A stretch of 64,000 nt of DNA, from positions 11,529 through 75,528 of the forward strand of contig CAYFXZ010000002.1 of NCBI GenBank assembly GCA_964347245.1, in the 5' to 3' direction. Every line of letters starts with the position of its first letter. Positions within the stretch are counted from its first letter, which is position 1. Position numbers and translations under genes: made by a program. The DNA is from an uncultured Candidatus Bathyarchaeia archaeon. GTDB lineage: Archaea; Thermoproteota; Bathyarchaeia; Bathyarchaeales; Bathycorpusculaceae. Below the pieces are notes generated by a model. That model made no database searches, was not told the origin of the DNA, and saw nothing but the letters and a program-made list of their open reading frames with translations. Of the stretch, positions 40,702 to 49,250 are shown one piece after another.

Positions 40702-40880
40702 CTTTAGAAAAACGGTTTTAATGATCAAATTTGTGTGCAGGCTGTTTTAATTTTTGTAAGATAAAAAATGTGCTGTAGCATAAAATGCACGATATAGAGT
40801 TTGTAAAAATTAAATAATAAATTATGCAAAAGAGTTAATTGGTCATAATCAAAATTAGTTTTCAAAAAGGGAGATATATA

Positions 40881-41423
40881 ATGAATAAGAAAGGAGTATC
40901 ATGGGTTATTATCGCAGTAGTTATCATTGCGGTAGTTGTAGTGGGCGGAGTAGCCTACTGGGCTATGACTAGTACTGGCGATGGAAATGGTGGTAACGGC
41001 GGAAACGGTGGAAATGGTGGCGGAGATGTTTATACTGCGGAAAACGCTACAAGTCTAGAGTTTAAGGTAAGCGCCACTATAGGAGAAATGGAAGAGGAAT
41101 ACGTGTTTATGGCGAAAAACTTGGGAACCTCTGAGGTAATGCTCAGAGTGGAACAGGTATCAGGCGGTCAAGAATTCATCTATATCATGAATCAAGCAGA
41201 GCAAACAGTATGGGCTGCTTTTGACGGACAATGGATGGAGGTTTCTGCAGATTGGTCGACTTATTGGGACCTATGGGAACCAGCATTGGAGGACTACCAA
41301 ACTCAACTTGCAGATTGGGCAGGCACTGGAGATTGGGAATATAATGTTGGAGGCGACTCATTCATAGTCTATGACATCGTTTTGAATCCTGATCTTGAGG
41401 ATTCACTCTTTACACACGGATAA
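40881..41423 (+). CDS. Membrane-anchored/secreted acidic protein with a Gly-Asn repeat linker
   Basis: GGGAGA-N6-ATG. Signal-anchor VSWVIIAVVIIAVVVVGGVAYWAM, then GDGNGGNGGNGGNGGGD, then a Trp/Asp/Glu-rich domain. Confidence 0.65.
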   Translation: MNKKGVSWVIIAVVIIAVVVVGGVAYWAMTSTGDGNGGNGGNGGNGGGDVYTAENATSLEFKVSATIGEMEEEYVFMAKNLGTSEVMLRVEQVSGGQEFIYIMNQAEQTVWAAFDGQWMEVSADWSTYWDLWEPALEDYQTQLADWAGTGDWEYNVGGDSFIVYDIVLNPDLEDSLFTHG

Positions 41424-41723
41424 GCCTTTAAACCATCAAAACCATCAAAACATTGACAAAAAATTTCCCTTTCCCTTCTTTTTAAGCTTGAAACTCTTAT
41501 TTTCTAAGTTGCATATACTTTATTCCACATTTTTGCTGTCAAAAAGGCCAAGTTGAAAAAATTTTTGAATTTTGGCTCTAAGGAAGTTGGCTGGATTGAA
41601 AGAAGATCCAATAACTAGCACGAAGATTTTTGAACTAACTTGTGTCTACTTAGGCAATTGATAAATGATAAATATAACTAGCAATTTACACTTCTCTGAC
41701 TTACTACATAGAGGAATGTAACT

Positions 41724-42818
41724 TTGCAGGGAAAATCTGTTTGGATATCTACTTTCTTTTCTTTTCTTTCAGGGTTAGGTGCTATACACGCAATATTGAT
41801 GACCGTTAATCTGGGATTGGAAGGTACATTCGAGCCTCCCTTGATTGGCGGCCTAATTAGCAATATCCCAGTCTATTTTTACCTGATTATCTCTGTGATT
41901 GCAGCGTTTCTTTTCCTTGGAGCCACTTGTGTCACTTTGGTAACCGAATTGTCAAACAAGGATCTTCTTAACGAAATAAACTCTAAAGTTAACACGTTGG
42001 AAAGTGGTCAAAAGCTCCAACAAAAGGTTCTGGAAACCTTGCAGGCGAGAGTTTTTCTAGTCGATGAAAGCCTAAATAGCCTGAGAAAGGAAGTCGGAAA
42101 GGCATTTGCTAAGCAGGGAGAAGAGCTAAAACAAGTTCAAGCGAATTTAACTAAAAAGATTAGCGTTGAATTAGTTGCCCTAAAAAAGGAAACGGATAGC
42201 CAGTTTAATAGTCAACGTGATGAAATCAAGAAGATTAAAGGTAACTTGGTAGACGTCAAAGATGAACTATCGGGACAGCTCGTGAGAATGGCAGGCAGTA
42301 TTGAGAGTCAAGAACGGAGTAACAAAAAGAGCCGAAAAGCCATTTTGAAGCAGGCGGAAGAAATTGAAGAAATAAAAATGAAGATGGAACGGCTGGAAGA
42401 GGAGTTTGTCCCGCCAAAGCCGCTGTTGACGAGTCAATGCAAAGTGGAAGATGTCAGGGGAATAGGAGAGAATACTGGGAATGAGCTGAGAGAAATGGGA
42501 ATAACAGACGTAGGCGCTCTAGTTTTAACTGACCCTATGTTAATCGCAGAAAAAATCGACATGTCCGAGAAAACTGTCGAAAAGTTGCAGGGAAGAGCCC
42601 AGCTCGCCATGATTCCGGGCATACAAGAGAAAGATCTAGTCTTACTAGAGGAAGCAGGCGTCATGAACAGGAAGGAGCTTGCTGAGCAAGACCCACTTGA
42701 ATTTGGTATGCAAATAAGTGGAATTAGCAAGGTCTACGTTGAAGAAGGAAAAATCACGGAAGCTGAAAAGCCAACAATTGAAGAAATATATGCTTGGATT
42801 AAAGCTGCAAAAACCTAA
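41724..42818 (+). CDS. Membrane protein with coiled coil and C-terminal tandem helix-hairpin-helix (DUF4332-like) modules
   Basis: Two N-terminal TM helices and a long heptad-rich segment. HhH-like VEDVRGIGENTGNELREMGITDVGAL and IPGIQEKDLVLLEEAGVMNRKELA. Confidence 0.6.
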   Translation: MQGKSVWISTFFSFLSGLGAIHAILMTVNLGLEGTFEPPLIGGLISNIPVYFYLIISVIAAFLFLGATCVTLVTELSNKDLLNEINSKVNTLESGQKLQQKVLETLQARVFLVDESLNSLRKEVGKAFAKQGEELKQVQANLTKKISVELVALKKETDSQFNSQRDEIKKIKGNLVDVKDELSGQLVRMAGSIESQERSNKKSRKAILKQAEEIEEIKMKMERLEEEFVPPKPLLTSQCKVEDVRGIGENTGNELREMGITDVGALVLTDPMLIAEKIDMSEKTVEKLQGRAQLAMIPGIQEKDLVLLEEAGVMNRKELAEQDPLEFGMQISGISKVYVEEGKITEAEKPTIEEIYAWIKAAKT

Positions 42819-43120
42819 TTGTCAAGAAAAGAAAAGCCCATTTCCTTTTCATTTTTTCCCTTTTTCATATAGATAGTGAAGCAACAAGACTTTGCGAATC
42901 TAATGAATTCTAGATTTTTATGAAGAAGTCGGTGTTACTGATGAAGTGGAAAAGAAATCTGAGGAAAATTCAACCTATGTTATCTAAAATGGGTTGCGTC
43001 TCCACGGGATTAATCAAAACGGCAAGCGTTAAAGAACTAAAAGAAAACCAAGAAGCCGTAAAAAAAGAAAACGAAAAACGTAGGACCTAAGTGCCTTCTC
43101 AAAAAATTAAATATCCAAAT

Positions 43121-43378
43121 TTAGCTTTTAAATCTGGTTTGGCGGTGTTTCTGCTTTCGTTTTGTCTTTGTTATTAACATTACTGCTGTCACATGAGAAC
43201 ACTTTGCCTTTTGAAGGAAACCTGGGCAACTGCAGCTTAGCTTGCCTGTATAGTCCTGAACCACCGTGTAAGTTCCGTGATCCCCTATTACATTATAAAG
43301 ACCTCCACCCAAAGACTCAACCCTGCCGCTTGCCACTAACCGTTCAGCCTTTTCAAGCAACCTTCCCAACCCCATCAC
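43121..43378 (-). CDS. Stand-alone SWIM zinc-finger protein
   Basis: CSCPGFLQKAKCSH matches CxCxnCxH. 85 aa with a basic tail. Confidence 0.65.
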   Translation of the reverse strand: MMGLGRLLEKAERLVASGRVESLGGGLYNVIGDHGTYTVVQDYTGKLSCSCPGFLQKAKCSHVTAVMLITKTKRKQKHRQTRFKS

Positions 43379-43484
43379 AACTCAACCTCAGTTTAGCAGA
43401 GGCAGTGCACATTACTAGTATTAAAACTTCCTAATTAATCCTCAAGACCTAACCCCAAGAAAAGGAACCAAAGAGGAACTGCGC

Positions 43485-44033
43485 TTATTCCAGTTTGAAA
43501 ACTATGGCGCATTTTTTTCTGCTAAGGTTTTCGACGATTTGAATCCATGCTTCAGGTATTTCTCTCTTTTCATCTTCAGTTAATTTTCTCACTGTCAGGT
43601 CCTTATTGACGTAAAAGGCTTTTTTACAAGAATTACAGTTTTGAAAAGGAAAGAACCCTTCGAGCGGCGTTGTTACTTTCTGCTTCACGCCGCAACTAGG
43701 GCATGGATTGACCTTGAACCTATCTTCTCTATTTGTTTCAACTTCCACGTGCTGCTCTAACTCTTCCCATGAAGAATAAATTCTGTGCAAAGGCGAATCT
43801 GGTTTCCGCCACATCTCCCGGAAAATACTCAACACTTCTCTTTTTTCATGCTTCCCACACTTTGGACAATCATCAAGATCGCCCATACAAACCCCACACC
43901 CGTTCAAAACAGTAAGATATTCCACGCTAATAATTCTTTTCCGCTTTACCATTATCCCGCATTTCTTATTTCTTGATAGACTGAGCAAGTTAGATTCGGC
44001 TGCAGAAGCCTTTTCAGGACAAAAACGTTTCAA
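43485..44033 (-). CDS. Zinc-ribbon-rich hypothetical protein
   Basis: CPKCGKHE, CPSCGVKQK and CNSCKK pairs. The start may be the internal MVKRKR. Confidence 0.5.
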   Translation of the reverse strand: MKRFCPEKASAAESNLLSLSRNKKCGIMVKRKRIISVEYLTVLNGCGVCMGDLDDCPKCGKHEKREVLSIFREMWRKPDSPLHRIYSSWEELEQHVEVETNREDRFKVNPCPSCGVKQKVTTPLEGFFPFQNCNSCKKAFYVNKDLTVRKLTEDEKREIPEAWIQIVENLSRKKCAIVFKLE

Positions 44034-44308
44034 GTACTAATTTTTTTTATGTCTTCTAACGTCTGTCCCAATAATTCAGAAAAACAAAATCAGGTTCGCC
44101 CAAAAGAGTCTCTAACATGTTTAGAAAAAGCAATATCGCTTTAATTAGGCATTTACAATCAAGATAATTTTATAGATAAAAGGCAGACTTTGCGGGGCTT
44201 AACATCCATCATCCATCATTATTTCTTTTTTGAAAACAAAGCTTCAAATTGTTTTAGAATATAGAATAAGTTAGGCGTAGGACGCCTTAGGATTGAGGAG
44301 TTTACCAT

Positions 44309-44656
44309 ATGGCTTATTTGCGGAAAGAGAACGAAACCGTTGAAATCGACTACTCTTTAGACAAGGTGTGGACAGCTGTCCTAAAGGCGCTTGCCAGCCT
44401 AGAATGGTTTATAGAAGAAGCTGATAACACTGAACATCACATTAAAGCCAAAACGAAAGGTGGCTTCATATCATATCCCTCGGTGCTAATAATTGATGCG
44501 GTAGCAGTGGACGAGAAAACTGCGAGATGCAAAGTCACGGCAGAAACACCCGTCACAACAATCACCTCTATTGCGGATTTTGGGCGAACGAGAGAACGCA
44601 TTGAAATGTTTTTAAAGGCGCTCGCAAAGCAATTAAGCAAAAACCCCACTCTATAA
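44309..44656 (+). CDS. Hypothetical protein
   Basis: GAGGAG-N8-ATG. 115 aa with no motif I recognise. Confidence 0.55.
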   Translation: MAYLRKENETVEIDYSLDKVWTAVLKALASLEWFIEEADNTEHHIKAKTKGGFISYPSVLIIDAVAVDEKTARCKVTAETPVTTITSIADFGRTRERIEMFLKALAKQLSKNPTL

Positions 44657-44678
44657 CACGTCTATCCCCTCTTATCTG

Positions 44679-45437
44679 ATGGGATTAATAAGGAAACGAA
44701 TTAGAATGAAACCACAAAAAGAGAACGCAAAAAAGAAGCTAAAAAACGTGGCTAAGATTAAAGTGAGCAAAAACGGTCCTTACATTATTTCAGGCAAAAT
44801 TCGTATACAAGAAAAGATAATTGTCGCCGATTCCGAGGGAACCGCCACAGAATGGAAGCCAAGTACCAAGTACACGCAACAAGAAAAATACGCCCTTTGC
44901 CGATGCGGACACACAAAGAAAAAACCTTTCTGCGATGGAACCCATATTGAAATCAATTTTGATGGTGCCGAAACTGCAAACGACGAAACTTACCTTGGCC
45001 AGCCAAAAAAGATTGATGGCCCAACTTTGAAACTGTCGGATATTGAAGACCTCTGCGCTTCAGCACGCTTCTGTCATAGGTCAGGCGGAATCTGGAAACT
45101 TGTCCCAGAATCAGACGACCCAGAAAAAAAGCAGATAGCCATCGAAGAAACGTGCGACTGCCCATCAGGTCGCCTTATCCTTTTCAACAAAAAAACTGGA
45201 AATAAGATTGAGCCTAAATTCACCAAGTCAATTGGTTTGATCTCAGATCCTGAGATGGGCGTGAGCGGACCAATTTGGGTACGTGGAGGTATACCAGTTG
45301 AATCTGCCAACGGTAAAACCTATCAGGTGCGCAACAGGGTTACTCTTTGTCGCTGTGGAAAATCCGAGAATAAGCCTTTCTGTGATAGTAGTCACTATCC
45401 TGAAGCAGAGACAGTAGAAAAGGTGCATAATAAATAA
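44679..45437 (+). CDS. CDGSH iron-sulfur domain protein (two CDGSH motifs)
   Basis: CRCGHTKKKPFCDGTH and CRCGKSENKPFCDSSH. Extra Cys-rich middle segment (CASARFCHRSGG...CDCPSG). Confidence 0.85.
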   Translation: MGLIRKRIRMKPQKENAKKKLKNVAKIKVSKNGPYIISGKIRIQEKIIVADSEGTATEWKPSTKYTQQEKYALCRCGHTKKKPFCDGTHIEINFDGAETANDETYLGQPKKIDGPTLKLSDIEDLCASARFCHRSGGIWKLVPESDDPEKKQIAIEETCDCPSGRLILFNKKTGNKIEPKFTKSIGLISDPEMGVSGPIWVRGGIPVESANGKTYQVRNRVTLCRCGKSENKPFCDSSHYPEAETVEKVHNK

Positions 45438-45471
45438 GGAAAAACAGCGCAATTGGCAGATAGCACTTTTT

Positions 45472-45681
45472 CTATCTGGAAACCACGAAAGCAACGTTGA
45501 CGACAGCGCGGTACTCTACAATCTTGTTGTCTTTCACTTTTGCAGTGCAACGTTTTACATGCACACTCTTGATGTTTTTGACTGTTTTAGCTGCTTCATC
45601 AATAGCATTCTGAGTTGCCTCTTGCCAGCCCTCTTTAGAATTTCCAATTAATTGGATTATTTTCACAACCATCAATTCCAC
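45472..45681 (-). CDS. Dodecin (flavin-binding) family protein
   Basis: VVKIIQLIGNSKEGWQEATQNAIDEAAKTVKNIKSVHV...KIVEYRAVVNVAF is the typical dodecin pattern. 69 aa. Confidence 0.8.
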   Translation of the reverse strand: MELMVVKIIQLIGNSKEGWQEATQNAIDEAAKTVKNIKSVHVKRCTAKVKDNKIVEYRAVVNVAFVVSR

Positions 45682-46299
45682 ACCTCCACAAAAATATAAT
45701 TTTCACAACACTTCAGTCTTTCGGCAAGAGCAATAATTAAAATGACAAACTCTATCTTTGACAATTTCTCTCAGCATTTATTTGCACTTCAAGATAGTAC
45801 AAGCGTTAAGAATAGTCTATAAAGGGAAAACGTAGAGAAGAGCAAAAGATTGACTAAAAATAGATCAGACGGTTTAATCTATTTACTAGGGATGTATAGT
45901 GCGCGTCAAGCCGCGTCTCTAGTCATACTTGTTGATTCTAATCATTTTTCTGTAGTTTCTCAGATCTTTTGAGGCACGTTTGAGGAGGTGCAGTTCTTGC
46001 AATGTTTTTTCGAATTTAGTCATTTGTTCGTTGACTTGGTGGTGGAGCGTTTGTTCTTGTGTCACGGTTTTTCAGCTTTTAGTCAGTAATTTTATGTGTG
46101 GAGGGCGTTGTCATTGTTTGTTGGCGGCCCAACAGCCAACCCGTCATCGAGGAGAAAGGAGAAGGCTTCGAGAACGGAAAAATTCTGTTGGCTGGTTGGA
46201 TTCCACCTTCAACCTCAATTACCCTCCTATCACATCATAAGACTTAAGACACAATAAATTTATAAGGATTATGAATCTCAAATAAAAAATAAGCAGCAC

Positions 46300-46848
46300 T
46301 TAACCGATAGCTAAAACGCCTTCTAATATCTTCTTTTCAGGAACCTCAAGTTGCTTTGACAACCAAATCTTCAAAAGTGCCGTTAACTTTGGAAGTTCAC
46401 CACTATACGTTATAATCTGATTGCCCTTTAGTGCATCAACCTGAAAAGTCTTTTCATCATCCTTGTACATGAAGGACAACGTTTGAGCTTGTCTAGCCAG
46501 AGTCTGAAAATCTTCCCACTGTTTGCATCGTAGAATCACCGGTGGACCATGCGTAACGCTGGCTGTAGCAACTTCGGTTTTCTTTTCAAGAGTCGGAGCA
46601 TTGGGAGCTTCTCGAGGCGAACTGGAAAGGTAATTAACCAATCCGGTTATATCGTTTTGTAAACCGCTTATTCTTTCCTCTACTTTCTCTACTTTACTAC
46701 TTAATTCGCCTGTTTCACCAAGTGCGTCGGCAACTGTTCCTAACTCGTTTATTAGTCTGTCTAAGTCCTTCTCGTGTTCCTTTAGAACATTAACTATGAA
46801 GTCCAACGCCTCTAATGCTTCATCTTTTGACTGCGGTTTTTTCGCCAT
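46300..46848 (-). CDS. Hypothetical coiled-coil protein
   Basis: 182-aa ORF with an N-terminal heptad-rich helix. Family unknown. Confidence 0.55.
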   Translation of the reverse strand: MAKKPQSKDEALEALDFIVNVLKEHEKDLDRLINELGTVADALGETGELSSKVEKVEERISGLQNDITGLVNYLSSSPREAPNAPTLEKKTEVATASVTHGPPVILRCKQWEDFQTLARQAQTLSFMYKDDEKTFQVDALKGNQIITYSGELPKLTALLKIWLSKQLEVPEKKILEGVLAIG

Positions 46849-47233
46849 CGTTGAATCCCTTGGTTTTCAGAATATCCAATACAGCCTACTATAAATAAAC
46901 GTAGCGAATTCTCAAATCATATCTTAGTGAATATACAACTATACGTATTAGAAATAAGGGCTACAAATGGAGATTTTAGCCACATAAACAATTTGCTTAT
47001 TTATTTTCAAATTTTAACCATTTTCTTGCCTTTTTGTTCAACACAAAAACAGAACAAGAAACACAAAAAACGAAAAAACGCCATAAAAACACGGACTAAA
47101 TTCCTTGTTTATTTTTAAGAATCAAGCGAATTGTGGTCAATTGACACGCATTTTGTCTTTGACTTTTGCACAAAGGAGATATAAATAGCCCTAAAGAAAA
47201 ACTGAAATGAAGAATTAAAACAATAGAATGGTT

Positions 47234-47521
47234 TCAGCTTGGGTTCCAGATGCACCAAATAGCTTTTTGTTTACAAGCCAGCACGCAAGGTGCTTTTCCA
47301 CTTTCAGGTTTGCATGGCGAACATATGTATTTGATGTTTTTGCGCTGTTTCTCCGTTACCGCTGCAACCGTCTTGTCGTCCAAATCAATAAACATGCTCA
47401 CCAGTTCGAGGGAGGATGATGGACATTTCTTCACGCATTCACCACAACCATTGCATTTCTCCGCGTTAATGACAATGTAGTATTCTCCTGACCCGTTGCT
47501 ATATCCATAATGCGTGATTAT
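47234..47521 (-). CDS. Ferredoxin (4Fe-4S type), candidate ATA start
   Basis: CNGCGECVKKCP plus CSPCKPESGKAPCVLAC. The first cluster motif lies upstream of the only canonical start (GTG at 47434). AGGTGA-N6-ATA is at 47521. Confidence 0.75.
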   Translation of the reverse strand: MITHYGYSNGSGEYYIVINAEKCNGCGECVKKCPSSSLELVSMFIDLDDKTVAAVTEKQRKNIKYICSPCKPESGKAPCVLACKQKAIWCIWNPS

Positions 47522-47546
47522 TACATGTCACCTCTTTCAAATATTC

Positions 47547-48455
47547 TTAGCTTTTCTGTTGTTTCTCATATAACGCTCTAGCGAAAAGTGCCGCGCCAAT
47601 CGCGCCAGCTATAATGGGGTCTAACCCGTTTTCCCGCCAATCAGGCATAGGAAGGCATTTAATGCCAAGCGCTTTTTCTATCCTTGAGACGATGCCGATG
47701 TTTTTTGATTGTCCGCCAGTAATTGCGAATTCTTTTTCTAATCCCACTCTCTTAACTAGGTTGCCCATACGGATAGCCATCGCGTGAGTATATGCAGCTA
47801 AAACTTTTTCTTTAGACCAGCCTTTACGAAGCAACCCCATGGCTTCAGTTTTTGCGAAAGCCACGCAGGTGCAGCTAACTGGTGGAGGCTCCTCCTCAAC
47901 TTTCAATGAGACTTCACCGATTTTCTCGATCGGAATTTTAAGCAGATCAGCGAAAACTTCCATACCTCTGCCAGTTCCCGCTGCGCATTTATCATTCATT
48001 AAAAACGATGTAACTCGACCTGTTTCGTCGCAATGTATGGCTTTTATGTCTTGACCGCCAACATCGAGCACGGTTCTGACGCTGGGACCCCAAATATAGT
48101 TCGCGCCTTTTGCGTGACAAGCAATTTCTGTGATTGCCTTGTTAGCCATTGGAACGTTCACACGCCCATATCCTGTTCCAACAATGTACTTGAGGTCTTC
48201 AACTCTAAGCCCTGTTCCCTCTATTGCCCAGTCTAAAGCTTTCTTGGCGCTGTCAGGACTGTTTGACCCAGTCCGCATCACGCCCCAAGAATAAACATCT
48301 CCGTCAAGCATTGTTACAGCTTTCGAGCCAACCGAGCCAACGTCAACGCCCGCGGTGATTATGTCCTTGTTTTTCCACTTTTTCTCTGAGAAAACCCTGT
48401 GGTACTCTTGCCAGCGCCAATATTCTATATCTTCTTTCTTCGGGGTTTCACTGAT
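47547..48455 (-). CDS. BcrA/BcrD/HgdC-family electron-activating ATPase, subunit 2 (candidate ATC start)
   Basis: ASKHA phosphate-1 motif GVDVGSVGSKAV, NDKCAAGTG cluster ligand, and the second Cys in CTCVAFAKTE. The phosphate-1 motif lies upstream of the first canonical start (ATG at 48311). Confidence 0.85.
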   Translation of the reverse strand: MSETPKKEDIEYWRWQEYHRVFSEKKWKNKDIITAGVDVGSVGSKAVTMLDGDVYSWGVMRTGSNSPDSAKKALDWAIEGTGLRVEDLKYIVGTGYGRVNVPMANKAITEIACHAKGANYIWGPSVRTVLDVGGQDIKAIHCDETGRVTSFLMNDKCAAGTGRGMEVFADLLKIPIEKIGEVSLKVEEEPPPVSCTCVAFAKTEAMGLLRKGWSKEKVLAAYTHAMAIRMGNLVKRVGLEKEFAITGGQSKNIGIVSRIEKALGIKCLPMPDWRENGLDPIIAGAIGAALFARALYEKQQKS

Positions 48456-49248
48456 TTTCTTTCACCTTCACAACTCGTTTGATGGCGACAAGAGCCGCAC
48501 CCAATGCGCCAACATACTCTGGGTACTCGGGTATTAAAACTTCAACACCCAATTTTCTCTTTAAAGACGTTGCGAAGCCAACGTCTTTTGCGACGCCACC
48601 CACCAGCACAACATCAGGATTTACGCCTAGCCTATGCACCATTGACGAGACTCGATCAGCCATAGCTTCAAATATTGCCCGGGCAATCTCAGGTTTTGAT
48701 TCTTGCTTGTGTATCAGAGACACAACATCTGACTCGCCAAATATTACGCAGCTGGCGTTTATTGAACTTGCACGTTCAGCCTTAAGTGAAAGCGGACCCA
48801 TATCCTCTAGCTTAACCTCTAAAGCTCGCGCCATAGCTTCAATGAATGCGCCGGCACCAGCAGCACACCGCTCGTTAACAACGAAATCCATCATAATCCC
48901 GTTTTCGTCGCATTTTACTGCCCTCGCCTCTTCCGCGCCCACGTCAATAATTGTTCGAGCGTTTGGAAACAAGTGAATCCCTGCTTTTGCGTCTGCCCCC
49001 ATCATACTTACCGTGCTGTTGGAGTTAGCAGCCATATCCATGCCGGAACCTGTAGCCGTAATATGATCTACATTAGATGTTGACAGGTTGACTTCTTTTA
49101 ACGCATCACCAAGAGCCTTTTCAGCAGCCATCGCAGGATCAAACCCAGAAAAAGCTTTACTGCGGGAGACCACCTTACCATCTTTTAATACGACTGCCTT
49201 CACGCTTTGAGTGCCTAAATCTAGTCCAATGGTTATCAACAACTGCAC
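48448..49248 (-). CDS. BcrA/BcrD/HgdC-family electron-activating ATPase, subunit 1
   Basis: IGLDLGTQSVKAV, NERCAAGAG, SCVIFGES. The likely start is the second TTG (49239), because the GTG at 49248 is part of AGAGGTG. Confidence 0.88.
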   Translation of the reverse strand: MQLLITIGLDLGTQSVKAVVLKDGKVVSRSKAFSGFDPAMAAEKALGDALKEVNLSTSNVDHITATGSGMDMAANSNSTVSMMGADAKAGIHLFPNARTIIDVGAEEARAVKCDENGIMMDFVVNERCAAGAGAFIEAMARALEVKLEDMGPLSLKAERASSINASCVIFGESDVVSLIHKQESKPEIARAIFEAMADRVSSMVHRLGVNPDVVLVGGVAKDVGFATSLKRKLGVEVLIPEYPEYVGALGAALVAIKRVVKVKENQ

Positions 49249-49250
49249 CT

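Noticed and set aside
40975-41025. Nucleotide repeat GGTGGTAACGGCGGAAACGGTGGAAATGGTGGCGGA as a possible non-coding tandem repeat
   Set aside because: It is in frame within the 40881-41423 gene and encodes a (Gly-Asn-Gly)n linker. Synonymous variation between the units argues for a coding repeat.
44203-44219. CATCCATCATCCATCAT (minus strand ATGATGGATGATGGATG) as a possible C/D-box sRNA C box
   Set aside because: It is not a canonical RUGAUGA. There is no CUGA D box at an appropriate distance and no terminal stem.
45980-46240. 86-aa plus-strand ORF beginning inside a GAGGAGGTG sequence
   Set aside because: Cys/Arg/Trp-rich composition that does not look like a protein. Its TTG start is itself part of the SD-like string, and the properly spaced TTG/ATG downstream are in other frames and terminate quickly.
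48448-48464. Possible in-frame TGA (readthrough or selenocysteine) joining the two ATPase genes into one tandem protein
   Set aside because: Codon-by-codon indexing shows two different TGAs. 48462-48464 closes the ATPase-2 frame upstream, and 48448-48450 is the ATPase-1 stop. The two genes are in different frames and simply overlap.
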